In this document: piece after piece, positions 10,389 to 19,841 of the stretch
Layout of the letters: each line of letters opens with the position of its first letter
How positions within the stretch are numbered: position 1 is the stretch's first letter
Virus record (IMG/VR): IMGVR_UViG_2534681672_000003
Coordinates: 1-56,022 of that record
Source of the DNA: a virus
Taxonomy: Duplodnaviria; Heunggongvirae; Uroviricota; Caudoviricetes
DNA length: 56,022 bases
Strand: one strand, 5' to 3'
Translations under genes and position numbers: made by a program
The notes under the pieces: model-generated
What the model saw: only the letters and a program-made list of their open reading frames with translations
The model's database searches: none
Told to the model about the DNA's origin: nothing

Positions 10389-11087
10389 TTACTGCGAAAG
10401 TTTGTTAATGGAAAGGAAGCCGCCAAAGTTGCCGACGTTATTGCGGAACTTACAACCGCTCAGGCATTTGCTGCATTTATCCTTCGTGATATCGGACGTT
10501 GGCTGGTCATATTCATCCGCGACCGCCGGACCGTGATAACCGCACTCATCGCCGCGATAGGTCCAGGTGCAGGTGTTGGCCAGCATGATACGTCCTGGAA
10601 AAACAGCGCCGTCCGTTTCCGTCGGCGTGGACAGTACAAAAGAGGCACTCACCGCGCTCAGTTCGCTGCACTGCTCAATACGCCAGCGGCTGATCACCTC
10701 CTGCTCCGGATCGGCGTCTCTGTTTCCGTTGACGAAGTTCACCGCATCCAGAAAACGGGCATAAACCTTACGCCTGACCACCGTTCCGCCGACCAGACTC
10801 TGCAGATCTTCCGCCATCCCGGTGACCATGCCATACAGGTTAGAAAGCGTCAGCGTGGGGCGCGTACTGGTGCCTTTGCCATTCAGTTCGAAACCACTCC
10901 CCTGAATGGGATACGCCTGATACTGTCGCCCCTGCCAGGTGACCGGCTCACCTTTTTCGTTCTGCTCATTACAGAAAAAATAACGTTCTCCACCAACCTC
11001 TGTCAGATCGATTTCCCAGAGCACCACGCTGGCAGACTGCTCCGCACGGGTGCATTCATTCAGTGTTTCCTGTCGGATATCCTGCAT
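10389..11087 (-). CDS. L: tail tip protein L
   Basis: 232-aa ORF, MQDIRQETLNECTRAEQSASVVLWEIDL..., matching lambda gpL. Confidence 0.92.
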   Translation of the reverse strand: MQDIRQETLNECTRAEQSASVVLWEIDLTEVGGERYFFCNEQNEKGEPVTWQGRQYQAYPIQGSGFELNGKGTSTRPTLTLSNLYGMVTGMAEDLQSLVGGTVVRRKVYARFLDAVNFVNGNRDADPEQEVISRWRIEQCSELSAVSASFVLSTPTETDGAVFPGRIMLANTCTWTYRGDECGYHGPAVADEYDQPTSDITKDKCSKCLSGCKFRNNVGNFGGFLSINKLSQ

Positions 11088-11416
11088 CAGTTCACCACCT
11101 GTTCAAACTCTGCGCTGAACTCAACACGCAACATACTGACCCGCGACGACCATTTTGCGCAGGTCACCTTTATCTGCCGGTAGCCATAAGGCGGCGTCCA
11201 CAGAAAGGCCTTCCAGCCTCCGTGCTCAGCCAGAAACGACTCCAGCGCCGCGGCCTCCCAACGGGGAACAGAAAGCGTCACGCTGTACGTTTTCAGGTCA
11301 GTGTTCAGCCCGGCAGGCGCTCGCTGGGAATAGCCATCACCAAAGCGCACCTTTCTTACGGAAGGGGCCGAAGCCACATCCATACCGGGTTTCACTTTCC
11401 AGCGGAAGGTTTTCAT
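11087..11416 (-). CDS. M: tail tip protein M
   Basis: 109-aa ORF in the gpM position between H and L. Confidence 0.9.
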   Translation of the reverse strand: MKTFRWKVKPGMDVASAPSVRKVRFGDGYSQRAPAGLNTDLKTYSVTLSVPRWEAAALESFLAEHGGWKAFLWTPPYGYRQIKVTCAKWSSRVSMLRVEFSAEFEQVVN

Positions 11417-13974
11417 CGTCCACCTCCGGAGAACAGACCACCATCGCGCATCTGCCCGGTCACAACATCCATTGCCGCCTTACGGGCTACGTCATAAACA
11501 GCCTTCAGCGCCTGTGGCCCTATCTGACCGTTCGTGCCGTCGTTGTTAATCACCACATGGTTATTCTGCTCAAACTTCCCGGACGCCTGCGACCGGCTGT
11601 CCGCCATGCTGCCCGGTGTACCGACATAACCACCGGTGGCATAGCCGCGCATCAGCCGGTAGAGATTCCCCACGCCAATCCGGCTGGTTGCCTCCTTCGT
11701 GAAGACAAATTCACCGCGGTGAACAATCCCCGCAGGCTCATATTTGCCGCCGGTTCCCGTAAATCCCCCGGTCGCAAAATGGAATTTCGCCGCAGCTGCC
11801 TGAATGGCTGTACCGCCTGACGCTGATGCGTCACCACCGACAGCACCGCCAATGACACTGCCCACACTCCCGACGATCCCCACCATTGCCTGCTTAAGCA
11901 GAATTTCTGTCATCATGGACAGCACGGAACGGGTGAAGCTGCGCCAGTTCTGCTCACTGCCGGTCAGCATCGCCGCCATATTCTGTGCAATGCCATCAAA
12001 GGTCTGCGTGGCTGCACTTTTTACCTGCGACATACTGTCTGTGGCACTCTCTTTCCACTCGCTCCAGCCGGACTTCAGGCCAGCCATCCAGCTCCCACGA
12101 AGCAGGTCTTCAGCCGCCCAGGTCTTTTTCTGCTCTGACATGACGTTATTTAGCGCCAGCGGATTATCGCCATACTGCTCCTTCAGACGCTGTTCCGTGG
12201 CGTCCCGCGCTGCCTGCCGGTCAGTAAGCCCCCGGTTTTTCGCCTCAATGGCTGCCCGTTTTGCCCGTTGTTGCTGTGCGAACTTATCCGCCTGCTGCGC
12301 CAGCGCGTTCAGGTGCTCCTGATACGTGACCTTATCGCCAAGTACAGCCAGCTGGCGTTTGTACTCCAGCGTCTCATCTTTATGCGCCAGCAGGGATTTC
12401 TCCTGTGCGGATAGCTGGCGACGTTGTGCCGCCTCCTCCAGTACCGCGAACTGATTTTCCGCCTTCCACAAATCCCGGCGCTGCTGGCTGATTTTCTCAT
12501 TTGCTCCGGCATGCTTCTCCAGCGTCCGGAGTTCAGCCTGAAGCGTCAGCAGGGCAGCATGAGCACTGTCTTCCTGACGATCGCCCGCAGACACCTTCAC
12601 GCCGGACTGTTTCGGCTTTTTCAGCGTCGCTTCATAGTCCTTTTTCGCCGCCGCCATCAGCGTGTTGTAATCTGCCTGCAGAATTTTCCCGTCCTTCAGT
12701 GCCTTGTTCAGTTCTTCCTGACGGGCGGTATATTTCTCCAGCGGCGTCTGCAGCCGTTCGTAAGCCTTCTGCGCCTCTTCGGTATATTTCAGCCGTGACG
12801 CTTCGGTATCGCTCTGCTGCTGCGCATTTTTGTCCTGTTGACTCTGCTGTTCAGCCTTCTTTCTCGCGGCTTCAAGCGCAAGACGGGCCTTTTCACGATC
12901 ATCCCAGTAACGCGCCCGCGCTTCATCGTTAACAAAATAATCATCCTTGCGCAGACTCCAGATGTCGTCCGCTTTCTTAAACGCAGCCTCTGCCTTAATC
13001 AGCATCTCCTGCGCGGTATCAGGACGACCAATATCCAGCACCGCATCCCACATGGATTTGAATGCCCGCGCTGTCCTGTCTGCCCAGGTCTCCAGCGTAC
13101 CCATGTTCTCTTTCAGGCGGCGGGTCTGGTCATCAAACCCTTTCGTCGCGGCCTCGTTCGCCGCCTGCAATGCCCCGGCTTCATCGCCGGAACGCTGCAA
13201 CTGAGCAACATACGCAATCTGCTCCGCCGTCACGTTATGGAACTGGCGTGCCATCGTTGTCAGCCCTGACGTCGGGTCTGTGGTCAGCTTCCCGAAGGCT
13301 TCAGCGACCTTGTCCACCTCCACGCCGGATGCAGAGGAGAAACGCGCCACACTCTGGCTGATGGATGCAATCTGAGCCTCACCGCTTACTCCCGCCTTAA
13401 CCAGTGCGCTGAGTGACTCGCTGGTCTGGTTAAACGTCAGCCCTGCCGCCTGCCCGGCTCTGGACAGGACCAGCATGCGATCTGCCGTCAGACCTGACTG
13501 ATGACCGGAAAGGACCAGCGTTTTGTTGAAATCGGACAGGGTTGAGTTGCCCTGATACCAGGCATACGCCAGCGCACCGGTCGCCACCGCCAGCGAGGTG
13601 GCCCCGACCATCGGCAGGGTGATCGCACCGGCAAGCCCCCTGAACATGGGGATCATCCCGCCGAAGGAGTCCTTAACCTGCCCCCCCTGTTGCAGCAGGA
13701 TCAGCCACGGACTTTGCCCGCCTGCAAGCTGCGTGGCCACGTCGGTGAACTGTGCAGGAAGCATACGCATGGCGGCTTTATACTGTCCGACGGAAATCCC
13801 CGCTTTCTGTGCAGCCAGCGCCTGCCGGTTCATTGACTGTTCAACGACTGCCGCTGTTTTTTTCGCATCACTTTCCGTACCGGAAAAATGACGCCTGACT
13901 CTGGCCATCTGCTCGTCAAATCTGGCCGCATCCAGACTCAAATCAACGACCAGATCGCCTACCGGTTCAGCCAT
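11413..13974 (-). CDS. H: tape measure protein H
   Basis: 853-aa ORF, MAEPVGDLVVDLSLDAARFDEQMARVRRHF..., of the same length class as lambda gpH. Confidence 0.95.
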   Translation of the reverse strand: MAEPVGDLVVDLSLDAARFDEQMARVRRHFSGTESDAKKTAAVVEQSMNRQALAAQKAGISVGQYKAAMRMLPAQFTDVATQLAGGQSPWLILLQQGGQVKDSFGGMIPMFRGLAGAITLPMVGATSLAVATGALAYAWYQGNSTLSDFNKTLVLSGHQSGLTADRMLVLSRAGQAAGLTFNQTSESLSALVKAGVSGEAQIASISQSVARFSSASGVEVDKVAEAFGKLTTDPTSGLTTMARQFHNVTAEQIAYVAQLQRSGDEAGALQAANEAATKGFDDQTRRLKENMGTLETWADRTARAFKSMWDAVLDIGRPDTAQEMLIKAEAAFKKADDIWSLRKDDYFVNDEARARYWDDREKARLALEAARKKAEQQSQQDKNAQQQSDTEASRLKYTEEAQKAYERLQTPLEKYTARQEELNKALKDGKILQADYNTLMAAAKKDYEATLKKPKQSGVKVSAGDRQEDSAHAALLTLQAELRTLEKHAGANEKISQQRRDLWKAENQFAVLEEAAQRRQLSAQEKSLLAHKDETLEYKRQLAVLGDKVTYQEHLNALAQQADKFAQQQRAKRAAIEAKNRGLTDRQAARDATEQRLKEQYGDNPLALNNVMSEQKKTWAAEDLLRGSWMAGLKSGWSEWKESATDSMSQVKSAATQTFDGIAQNMAAMLTGSEQNWRSFTRSVLSMMTEILLKQAMVGIVGSVGSVIGGAVGGDASASGGTAIQAAAAKFHFATGGFTGTGGKYEPAGIVHRGEFVFTKEATSRIGVGNLYRLMRGYATGGYVGTPGSMADSRSQASGKFEQNNHVVINNDGTNGQIGPQALKAVYDVARKAAMDVVTGQMRDGGLFSGGGR

Positions 13975-14805
13975 ACCGGACTCCTCCTGCGATCCCTTCT
14001 GATACTGTCATCAGCATTACGTCATCCTCCGTCATGTCCGCCACATCCGGGGAAGCGGGGATAACTTCATTCCCGTCCGGGCCAAAGCGGACACCTCCGG
14101 CAAGCCCTGCCGCTTTCTGCATCAGCACATCATCTTCAGGCTCTTCGTCAGCCTCGCGCCGGTTCAGCAGACTGAAATCCAGCGGATGCATATCCGGATC
14201 GCTGAAAAACAGGCTGAGTACGGTGTACGTCAGCCCGGAAAAGTGCATATCCAGCAGAACATCATGAAAATAATGGGTACTGTAAAAGCGGTGCCAGTCG
14301 GCATACTCCGTGGATGACATCCCGGCAAGCATGGCACGCCAGTCGGGTCGCCCCATCTCGCGCGCCAGTTTCAGGGCAAAACTCAGCTCACCGTCGAACA
14401 CTTTCCCGCAGAAACAGGCTCTGCAGGCCCGGCGTCATCTGCCTGTTCAGGAGCATCATTCACCACAAACTCATACATACCGGACAGCCGGTACACCACG
14501 TTTTCAGCATGAGAAATTGCCTCCGTGGGCCAGGTGGTAAGCACTTCCTGCTCAATCTGTTTAACGGCTTCATTCATGGAAGGCAGCTTTGTCTTCTGCG
14601 GATGGTTATGCCACAGGGACATCGCCACCACAAAAGCGCCGGTTCTGATGGCGTCTTCCACAGTAAACTTCCGGTTGCTGTCTGACTCCGCCTGTTCTGC
14701 CTGTCGTTTCATCAGGGCGAGATGCTCAATACGCTGCAGGGCTGACAGTTCAGAAAGCGTGACGGTCACACCGTTATGTTCAAATGATTCGGTTTTCAGG
14801 AACAT
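13967..14805 (-). CDS. G-T: tail assembly chaperone G-T (product of a programmed -1 frameshift)
   Basis: The G frame (14805-14383) and T frame (14401-13967) overlap at the slippery site. The T frame continues as VFDGELSFALKLAREMGRPDW, as in lambda. Confidence 0.85.
14383..14805 (-). CDS. G: tail assembly chaperone G
   Basis: 140-aa ORF, MFLKTESFEHNGVTVTLSELSALQRIEHLAL..., matching lambda gpG. Confidence 0.92.
   Translation of the reverse strand: MFLKTESFEHNGVTVTLSELSALQRIEHLALMKRQAEQAESDSNRKFTVEDAIRTGAFVVAMSLWHNHPQKTKLPSMNEAVKQIEQEVLTTWPTEAISHAENVVYRLSGMYEFVVNDAPEQADDAGPAEPVSAGKCSTVS
14401..14407 (-). promoter_or_regulatory. G-T -1 frameshift slippery heptamer G GGA AAG
   Basis: The plus strand reads CTTTCCC, which is GGGAAAG on the coding strand. 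The heptamer lies at the end of G, as in lambda. Confidence 0.85.
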
Positions 14806-14820
14806 CGCTGACTCTCCGGA

Positions 14821-15561
14821 TTAACTGGCGGTAACGTTGATTTCTGCAACCGCAGCAAGTTCACCATTACCGGATACGACCGGAATGTTGACCTTGCCTG
14901 CAGCAACACCTTTCACGGTGATGGTCATACCACTGACCGACACGGTGGCTTTTGTTTTATCCGCAGACACCGCACGGAAGCTCTTGTCGGTTGCGCCTTC
15001 CGGCTGGAATGCCACGGTCAGCGTGGTGCTCTGCCCTTTCACCACCGAGGTGCTGGCAGGCGTCACGGTCATGCCGGTTGCCGCTGTGACCGTGCTGCGA
15101 TCTTCTGCCATCGACGGGCGTCCCACATTGGTGACCTTCACCGTGCGGGTGATCACTTCCTTCGCCGTCACCGCTTTACCGATACTGCTGACCCAGCCAC
15201 GGAACACATCGACCGTGCCGTTCGGGAAGCGGATTTTATAGGCACGGGTATCACCTTCATTAAACCACGCCAGCAGCGCCTGCTGCCCCTGCTCTCCGGG
15301 CATCCACGCCAGCGTGAAGCTGGTATCTCCGGCTGATTTCTGCCCCTGCCCGGTCGCAGTCCAGTCCGCATCTTCATCATCGAGATAGCTGTCGTCATAG
15401 GACTCAGCGGTCAGTTCGCCGGGCGTCAGGTCTTTAACTTTTGCCAGACGCGACCAGTCCACGTCTGAAAGCGGGTTCGCATAAGGGTCACCGTTCCCCT
15501 TATAAACCCACAGTGTGGTCCCGGCACCTTTCACCGGCATTGTAGGATTTGGTACAGGCAT
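14821..15561 (-). CDS. V: major tail protein V (with C-terminal Ig-like domain)
   Basis: Start set at [22 protein letters not shown]..., as in lambda gpV. Confidence 0.93.
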   Translation of the reverse strand: MPVPNPTMPVKGAGTTLWVYKGNGDPYANPLSDVDWSRLAKVKDLTPGELTAESYDDSYLDDEDADWTATGQGQKSAGDTSFTLAWMPGEQGQQALLAWFNEGDTRAYKIRFPNGTVDVFRGWVSSIGKAVTAKEVITRTVKVTNVGRPSMAEDRSTVTAATGMTVTPASTSVVKGQSTTLTVAFQPEGATDKSFRAVSADKTKATVSVSGMTITVKGVAAGKVNIPVVSGNGELAAVAEINVTAS

Positions 15562-15568
15562 AGCGTCC

Positions 15569-15964
15569 TCACATTTCATAGGTAATGACATAAGTCAGAT
15601 CGGCTGAACTCCACAGGCCCGCATCATCGTCGCGCCGGTAGTCATAGCCGCTGGCCACCATACTGGTGATCAAATCTGACAGTGCCGGGATATCGCTCAT
15701 CACCGGATAAATCCGGGACTCCATCCACGCATCCAGCTCTGAATCCGGCACCTGAGCAGGCAGGAAAACTTCGATATGCAGCTCCGCCTGCCAGGTATCG
15801 CTGTCCAGCTCTTCGCCCGTGTATTCAGCGCCGGTGAGATAAACGGCAACTGCCGGAAAATCCGCCTCATCAAAAACAGCGGGGCGACCATCAAAAAACG
15901 TCGCCCCGGTGTCATGCTTCTCCAGTGCATCCAGTACGGCTGCACGGAGTTCAGTATGTTTCAT
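15569..15964 (-). CDS. U: tail terminator protein U
   Basis: 131-aa [36 protein letters not shown]... Confidence 0.92.
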   Translation of the reverse strand: MKHTELRAAVLDALEKHDTGATFFDGRPAVFDEADFPAVAVYLTGAEYTGEELDSDTWQAELHIEVFLPAQVPDSELDAWMESRIYPVMSDIPALSDLITSMVASGYDYRRDDDAGLWSSADLTYVITYEM

Positions 15965-16539
15965 CGCTTTATTACCATCCTCAGTTGATGCTGCAGCGCA
16001 TAGCCCAGCTCTTTCGGAAGACGTTCACGCCGTATCCGCTCAATATTTTGTTTAAACGCCGTGGTCAGCGGCACCGCCATCGGGATTTTCACCACATCAA
16101 TGGGGTAACGGTTTTTCCCGGCCACACGCTGCATGACATGCCACCGGCCATTTTTCAGTTGCTGAATAAACGCGCCGGGAATACGACGGTTACCCACCAC
16201 AAGCACGCTGCCGCCACCTTTCAGGGATGAACGCTGCCCCTTTTTACGACGCCTGCGGCGCGAAAGGACAACCCGCGCGTTACCCAGCCTGATTACGGGC
16301 AAATCCCCCCGGTTAACCTTGATTCTGGCCTGCGGATTTTTGACCGTGGCCCTTTTCAGCCTGGCCCTTTCCTTTACCAGTTTCCGGCGTACCTTTGTCT
16401 CACGGGCAACCTGTGACGCCGACTGCGATATCGCGGATGAAGCAACGCGGTTAATGGCCATTGCGGCGGCACCAGGCACCGCCGTTCTGCTGATACGGCT
16501 GAGGTTTTCAATGGCCTGCTCAAGACCTTTTATGGCCAT
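15961..16539 (-). CDS. Z: tail completion protein Z
   Basis: 192-aa ORF, MAIKGLEQAIENLSRISRTAVPGAAAMAINRV... Confidence 0.92.
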   Translation of the reverse strand: MAIKGLEQAIENLSRISRTAVPGAAAMAINRVASSAISQSASQVARETKVRRKLVKERARLKRATVKNPQARIKVNRGDLPVIRLGNARVVLSRRRRRKKGQRSSLKGGGSVLVVGNRRIPGAFIQQLKNGRWHVMQRVAGKNRYPIDVVKIPMAVPLTTAFKQNIERIRRERLPKELGYALQHQLRMVIKR

Positions 16540-16550
16540 ACATCCCCCCT

Positions 16551-16904
16551 TCAGCGGCGACGGTTAACGGCAGGCGGTACGCCCCGCCCAAGCCAGAGAT
16601 GACAGCTTCCACCATCATCCGGCGAAACCCGGTCTATCCAGAAGTTTTCCTCACCGATGGTCAGCGTGTCTCCACGCCGCAGCTGCCGCACATCATCAGT
16701 CCGGACAAACAGGGACGGGCTGGAGCCTTCAACGCGCACGCCCTGTCCGGCATAGCTGATATTTTCAGGGTCATCAAAAACACCACGTATTACTGCGCCG
16801 GACTGCTCACCGGATGTCATGGTGGCTGACGTTCCCATGTACCCGCGTATCGTTTCATCGGCGCGAACAATGGCAGCATCGAACAGGTTATCGAAATCAG
16901 CCAC
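16551..16904 (-). CDS. FII: head-tail joining protein FII
   Basis: 117-aa ORF, MADFDNLFDAAIVRADETIRGYMG... Confidence 0.92.
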   Translation of the reverse strand: MADFDNLFDAAIVRADETIRGYMGTSATMTSGEQSGAVIRGVFDDPENISYAGQGVRVEGSSPSLFVRTDDVRQLRRGDTLTIGEENFWIDRVSPDDGGSCHLWLGRGVPPAVNRRR

Positions 16905-16915
16905 AGCGCCTCCCG

Positions 16916-17311
16916 TTATTGCATTCTGGCCAGGCCGCGCTCTGTCATTTCGGCTGCCACACCGGCAGAGACACGAAACGCCGTTCCCGGCAGCACAAAT
17001 GCCACAGGTTCATCCCGCGTGGCGTGAAGTGCATCAGTATGCAGCGTCACCAGTGCCACGACCGTGACCAGAGCAGCCGTATCAGTCACGGTATCCGGCT
17101 GCGCTGATACCACCTCATTTTCATGTCCGGTCAGCGCATTTTCCGGGTTGACAGATGTGTCCTGACCGGCAGCGTCATCCGTGTCATCAAGCTCCTCTTC
17201 CAGCTCTGCCACACGGAGTGCCAGTTCTTCTTTCGTCCCCGTCAGGCTGACATCACGGTTCAGTTGCTCACCCAGCGAGCGGAGACGGGCAATCAGCTCA
17301 TCTTTCGTCAT
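16916..17311 (-). CDS. FI: DNA packaging/head protein FI
   Basis: Start set at MTKDELIARLRSLGEQLNRDVSLTGTKEELA..., as in lambda gpFI. Confidence 0.88.
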   Translation of the reverse strand: MTKDELIARLRSLGEQLNRDVSLTGTKEELALRVAELEEELDDTDDAAGQDTSVNPENALTGHENEVVSAQPDTVTDTAALVTVVALVTLHTDALHATRDEPVAFVLPGTAFRVSAGVAAEMTERGLARMQ

Positions 17312-17352
17312 GGACTCCTCCACAGAGAAACAATGGCCCCGAAGGGCCATGA

Positions 17353-18143
17353 TTACGCCAGTTGTACGGACACGAACTCATCAGGGTCAGCCAGCAGCAT
17401 CAGCGGTGCTGACTGAATCATGGTGAACTCACGCGCCGGATCGCCGGTGGTCACCCAGTTTTTCGGGTAGCGGGCAGAGGCGTTAATGCCTTCGCGCTGT
17501 GCGTCCGCATCCTGAATGCAGCCATAGGTGCGCAGACCGCGTGCCTGAGTGTTCCCCAGCACCATCGTGTTGTCCGGCAGGAAGTTCTTTTTGACGCCGT
17601 TTTCCACGTACTGTCCGGAATACACGACGATGGCCACATCGCCATACATTCCCTTATAGGACACCGCTTTGCCCAGGTCTTTTACCGCTGTCTCCAGCTC
17701 GGAATGAGAGCCGCGACGGGTATCCAGCTTCTCCCTGACGGCTTTGAAAGAACGGAACAGCGCCCAGCCTTTCGGATCAAACACGATGATATTCACCACA
17801 CCGCTGGCGTTCAGCGCGTAGGCTTCGATATCGTCTGTCGGGTCATACGTGGACTTGTCACGCTTGCTCCACTCCGTGCCGCCGGACTGCGTGATGTTAT
17901 TCGCCTCACTGCGGCCCATATCCACCTCAACCGGATCGAAGGCTTCACCGGTCATGGTGTATTTGCCCTTAAGCACGGCAGAAACTGCCTGCATCTCTTC
18001 GACCTGAGCAATGGCCAGCTCTTCGTCACGCATGTTCTGCATGATGATGCGACGGCGGCGGTAAGTCGGGTCCGCCAGATTCTGCGGATCTTCATCCGGC
18101 AGGCGACGCAGGGTCATCTGCGGATTCACCTCATGCTTCGGCT
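17353..18143 (-). pseudogene. E: major capsid protein E, 3' part (codons ~79-341), separated from its 5' part by the insertion
   Basis: The minus strand reads (K)PKHEVNPQMTLRRLPDEDPQNLADP...EFVSVQLA, collinear with the lambda gpE C-terminus. No start codon or ribosome-binding site is left at the break. Confidence 0.95.
18134..18143. repeat. left copy of the 10-bp direct repeat (att core) TGCTTCGGCT
   Basis: Identical to 29567-29576. It lies exactly where E homology stops. Confidence 0.9.
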
Positions 18144-18277
18144 ACATGAGTCAAATATGAAAGGATGTGAATGATTTGATTACGTTTTAGCTATAGAATT
18201 GAAATGGAAAATCCTTGAATGCAATACAACGTGCAATACATGGATGAAAACCATCACTCATTTAACAAGAGGAATCT

Positions 18278-19183
18278 ATGCGCTCACCCAACAGAATGCA
18301 TGAACGCTCAACATTTTATAAGTATATGTCGTTGAATACCGCGAAGATTGTTCTTGATTCATGCAGCCTTAGATGGAGTTCTCCGGTCCTATTTAATGAC
18401 CCTTTTGATGTTCCAAGAGAAGTTATGCCTGGTATTAACGAAATTAATATTGGCAAAGCTTTAGCCCGCAAGTTAATAGCGGAGTTGATTACCCCCAGAG
18501 AAGACATACAAAATTTAAACCCTAGAATTAGAACAATGCTAAGTGATTTCCAAAAGTCATTTCCTTTAGGCATACCCGCAGGATTAATTGAAAGATTTCA
18601 AGAAATGGTAAACATTCCACCAGTTGGGATTGGCGCTCCTGCGGCAATACAAGAAATGAAAGATGTCTGGCGAGGAATGCTTAATAACAGAAGGATTTTG
18701 TGTTTATCTGAGAGCCCTATAATCACTCCTATGTGGAATCACTATGCCGATAAATATAAAGGTATAGTTATCGAATTTGATTGTGTAGACTTTCTGGATA
18801 GCGCTTGGTTAATAGCCAAACCTATGAAATACACAGATGAAATGCCTCTAACTCACACTGCTGAAGGGATGGCCGAGTTGCTTTTCATGCCAGACAATAA
18901 GTCAATTGAATATATCAATAATGAGATAATATTCATAAAAACAGAAGAATGGGCATATGAAAGAGAGTGGAGAATTTCAACCTACGCTAGGCCAAATAGC
19001 ACTGGTCAATATAGCGACTTAAAATTTCACCCTTTTGAGTTAAAATCTGTAATACTTGGTCCTCTTTTTGATGCCAGCGAGTTCGATGAAGTCGCATCAC
19101 TAGTTAAGATGTATCCAAGAGCGAAATTATTTAAAAGTTCATTTGGGAACGACAGAAAAATATCCATAGTACCACTACCTTAA
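18278..19183 (+). CDS. cargo protein with a DUF2971-like N-terminal signature
   Basis: 301-aa ORF with a ribosome-binding site AAGAGG. FYKYMSLNTAKIVLDSCSLRWSSPVLFNDPFD resembles the DUF2971 family signature, by recall. The gene is AT-rich, opposes the core genes, and has its own terminator. Confidence 0.55.
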   Translation: MRSPNRMHERSTFYKYMSLNTAKIVLDSCSLRWSSPVLFNDPFDVPREVMPGINEINIGKALARKLIAELITPREDIQNLNPRIRTMLSDFQKSFPLGIPAGLIERFQEMVNIPPVGIGAPAAIQEMKDVWRGMLNNRRILCLSESPIITPMWNHYADKYKGIVIEFDCVDFLDSAWLIAKPMKYTDEMPLTHTAEGMAELLFMPDNKSIEYINNEIIFIKTEEWAYEREWRISTYARPNSTGQYSDLKFHPFELKSVILGPLFDASEFDEVASLVKMYPRAKLFKSSFGNDRKISIVPLP

Positions 19184-19213
19184 AAGGTCAAATGCTTTTG
19201 ACAAATAAAATCT

Positions 19214-19239
19214 ATCGCCAGTTTTACTGGCGACTTTTA
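19214..19239. terminator. hairpin plus T-run between the convergent cargo and Nu1-like genes
   Basis: TCGCCAG-TTTTA-CTGGCGA followed by CTTTT. Confidence 0.6.
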
Positions 19240-19289
19240 AGCAACAAAGAACCACCTAAGCACTCTTCCTACCTATGGTTTCATTTGTT

Positions 19290-19841
19290 TTAACTTCGCT
19301 GATTATCCTTGATATACCTTTCAGCCATATCTGGAATGTTATCTGAGATCTGGTAAGCTCGAATAAATGCTTTACTGACCTCCATCTTAATGAAGTCCTG
19401 ATACCGTTTTCCCATGCCAGGAAACTGTCGACAGATCGCAAGTGGAAGACTATCAATGATTGCTCCAACTTCCCCAGTTAATTTCGACAAGGCATAAGTC
19501 GCAAATGCAGTGTCAATTACCTCACCTGTTTCGCTGGCATTCTTCAGTTCCTGTGCGTCGGCCTGCGCACGCGTAAGTCGATGGCGTTCATACTCAATAG
19601 TCCCTGGCAGGAGATCTGCCTCGCTGGCCTGCCGCAGTTCTTCAACCTCCCGGCGCAGCTTTTCGTTCTCAATTTCAGCATCCCTTTCGGCATACCATTT
19701 TATGACGGCGGCAGAGTCATAAAGCACCTCATTACCCTTGCCACCGCCTCGCAGAACGGGCATTCCCTGCTCCTGCTAGTTCTGAATGGTACGGATACTC
19801 GCACCGAAAATGTCAGCCAGCTGCTTTTTGTTGGCTTCCAT
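19290..19841 (-). pseudogene. Nu1-like small terminase gene with an in-frame TAG at codon 22
   Basis: MEANKKQLADIFGASIRTIQN*QEQGMPVLRGGGKGNEVLYDS... The first ~100 codons are almost identical to the resident Nu1, and the C-terminal ~80 codons are divergent. The ORF track picks up only from M27 (19763). Confidence 0.8.

Noticed and set aside
10305-11183. 292-aa plus-strand ORF
   Set aside because: It is antisense to K and L, which are clearly identified on the minus strand, and has no recognisable motifs.
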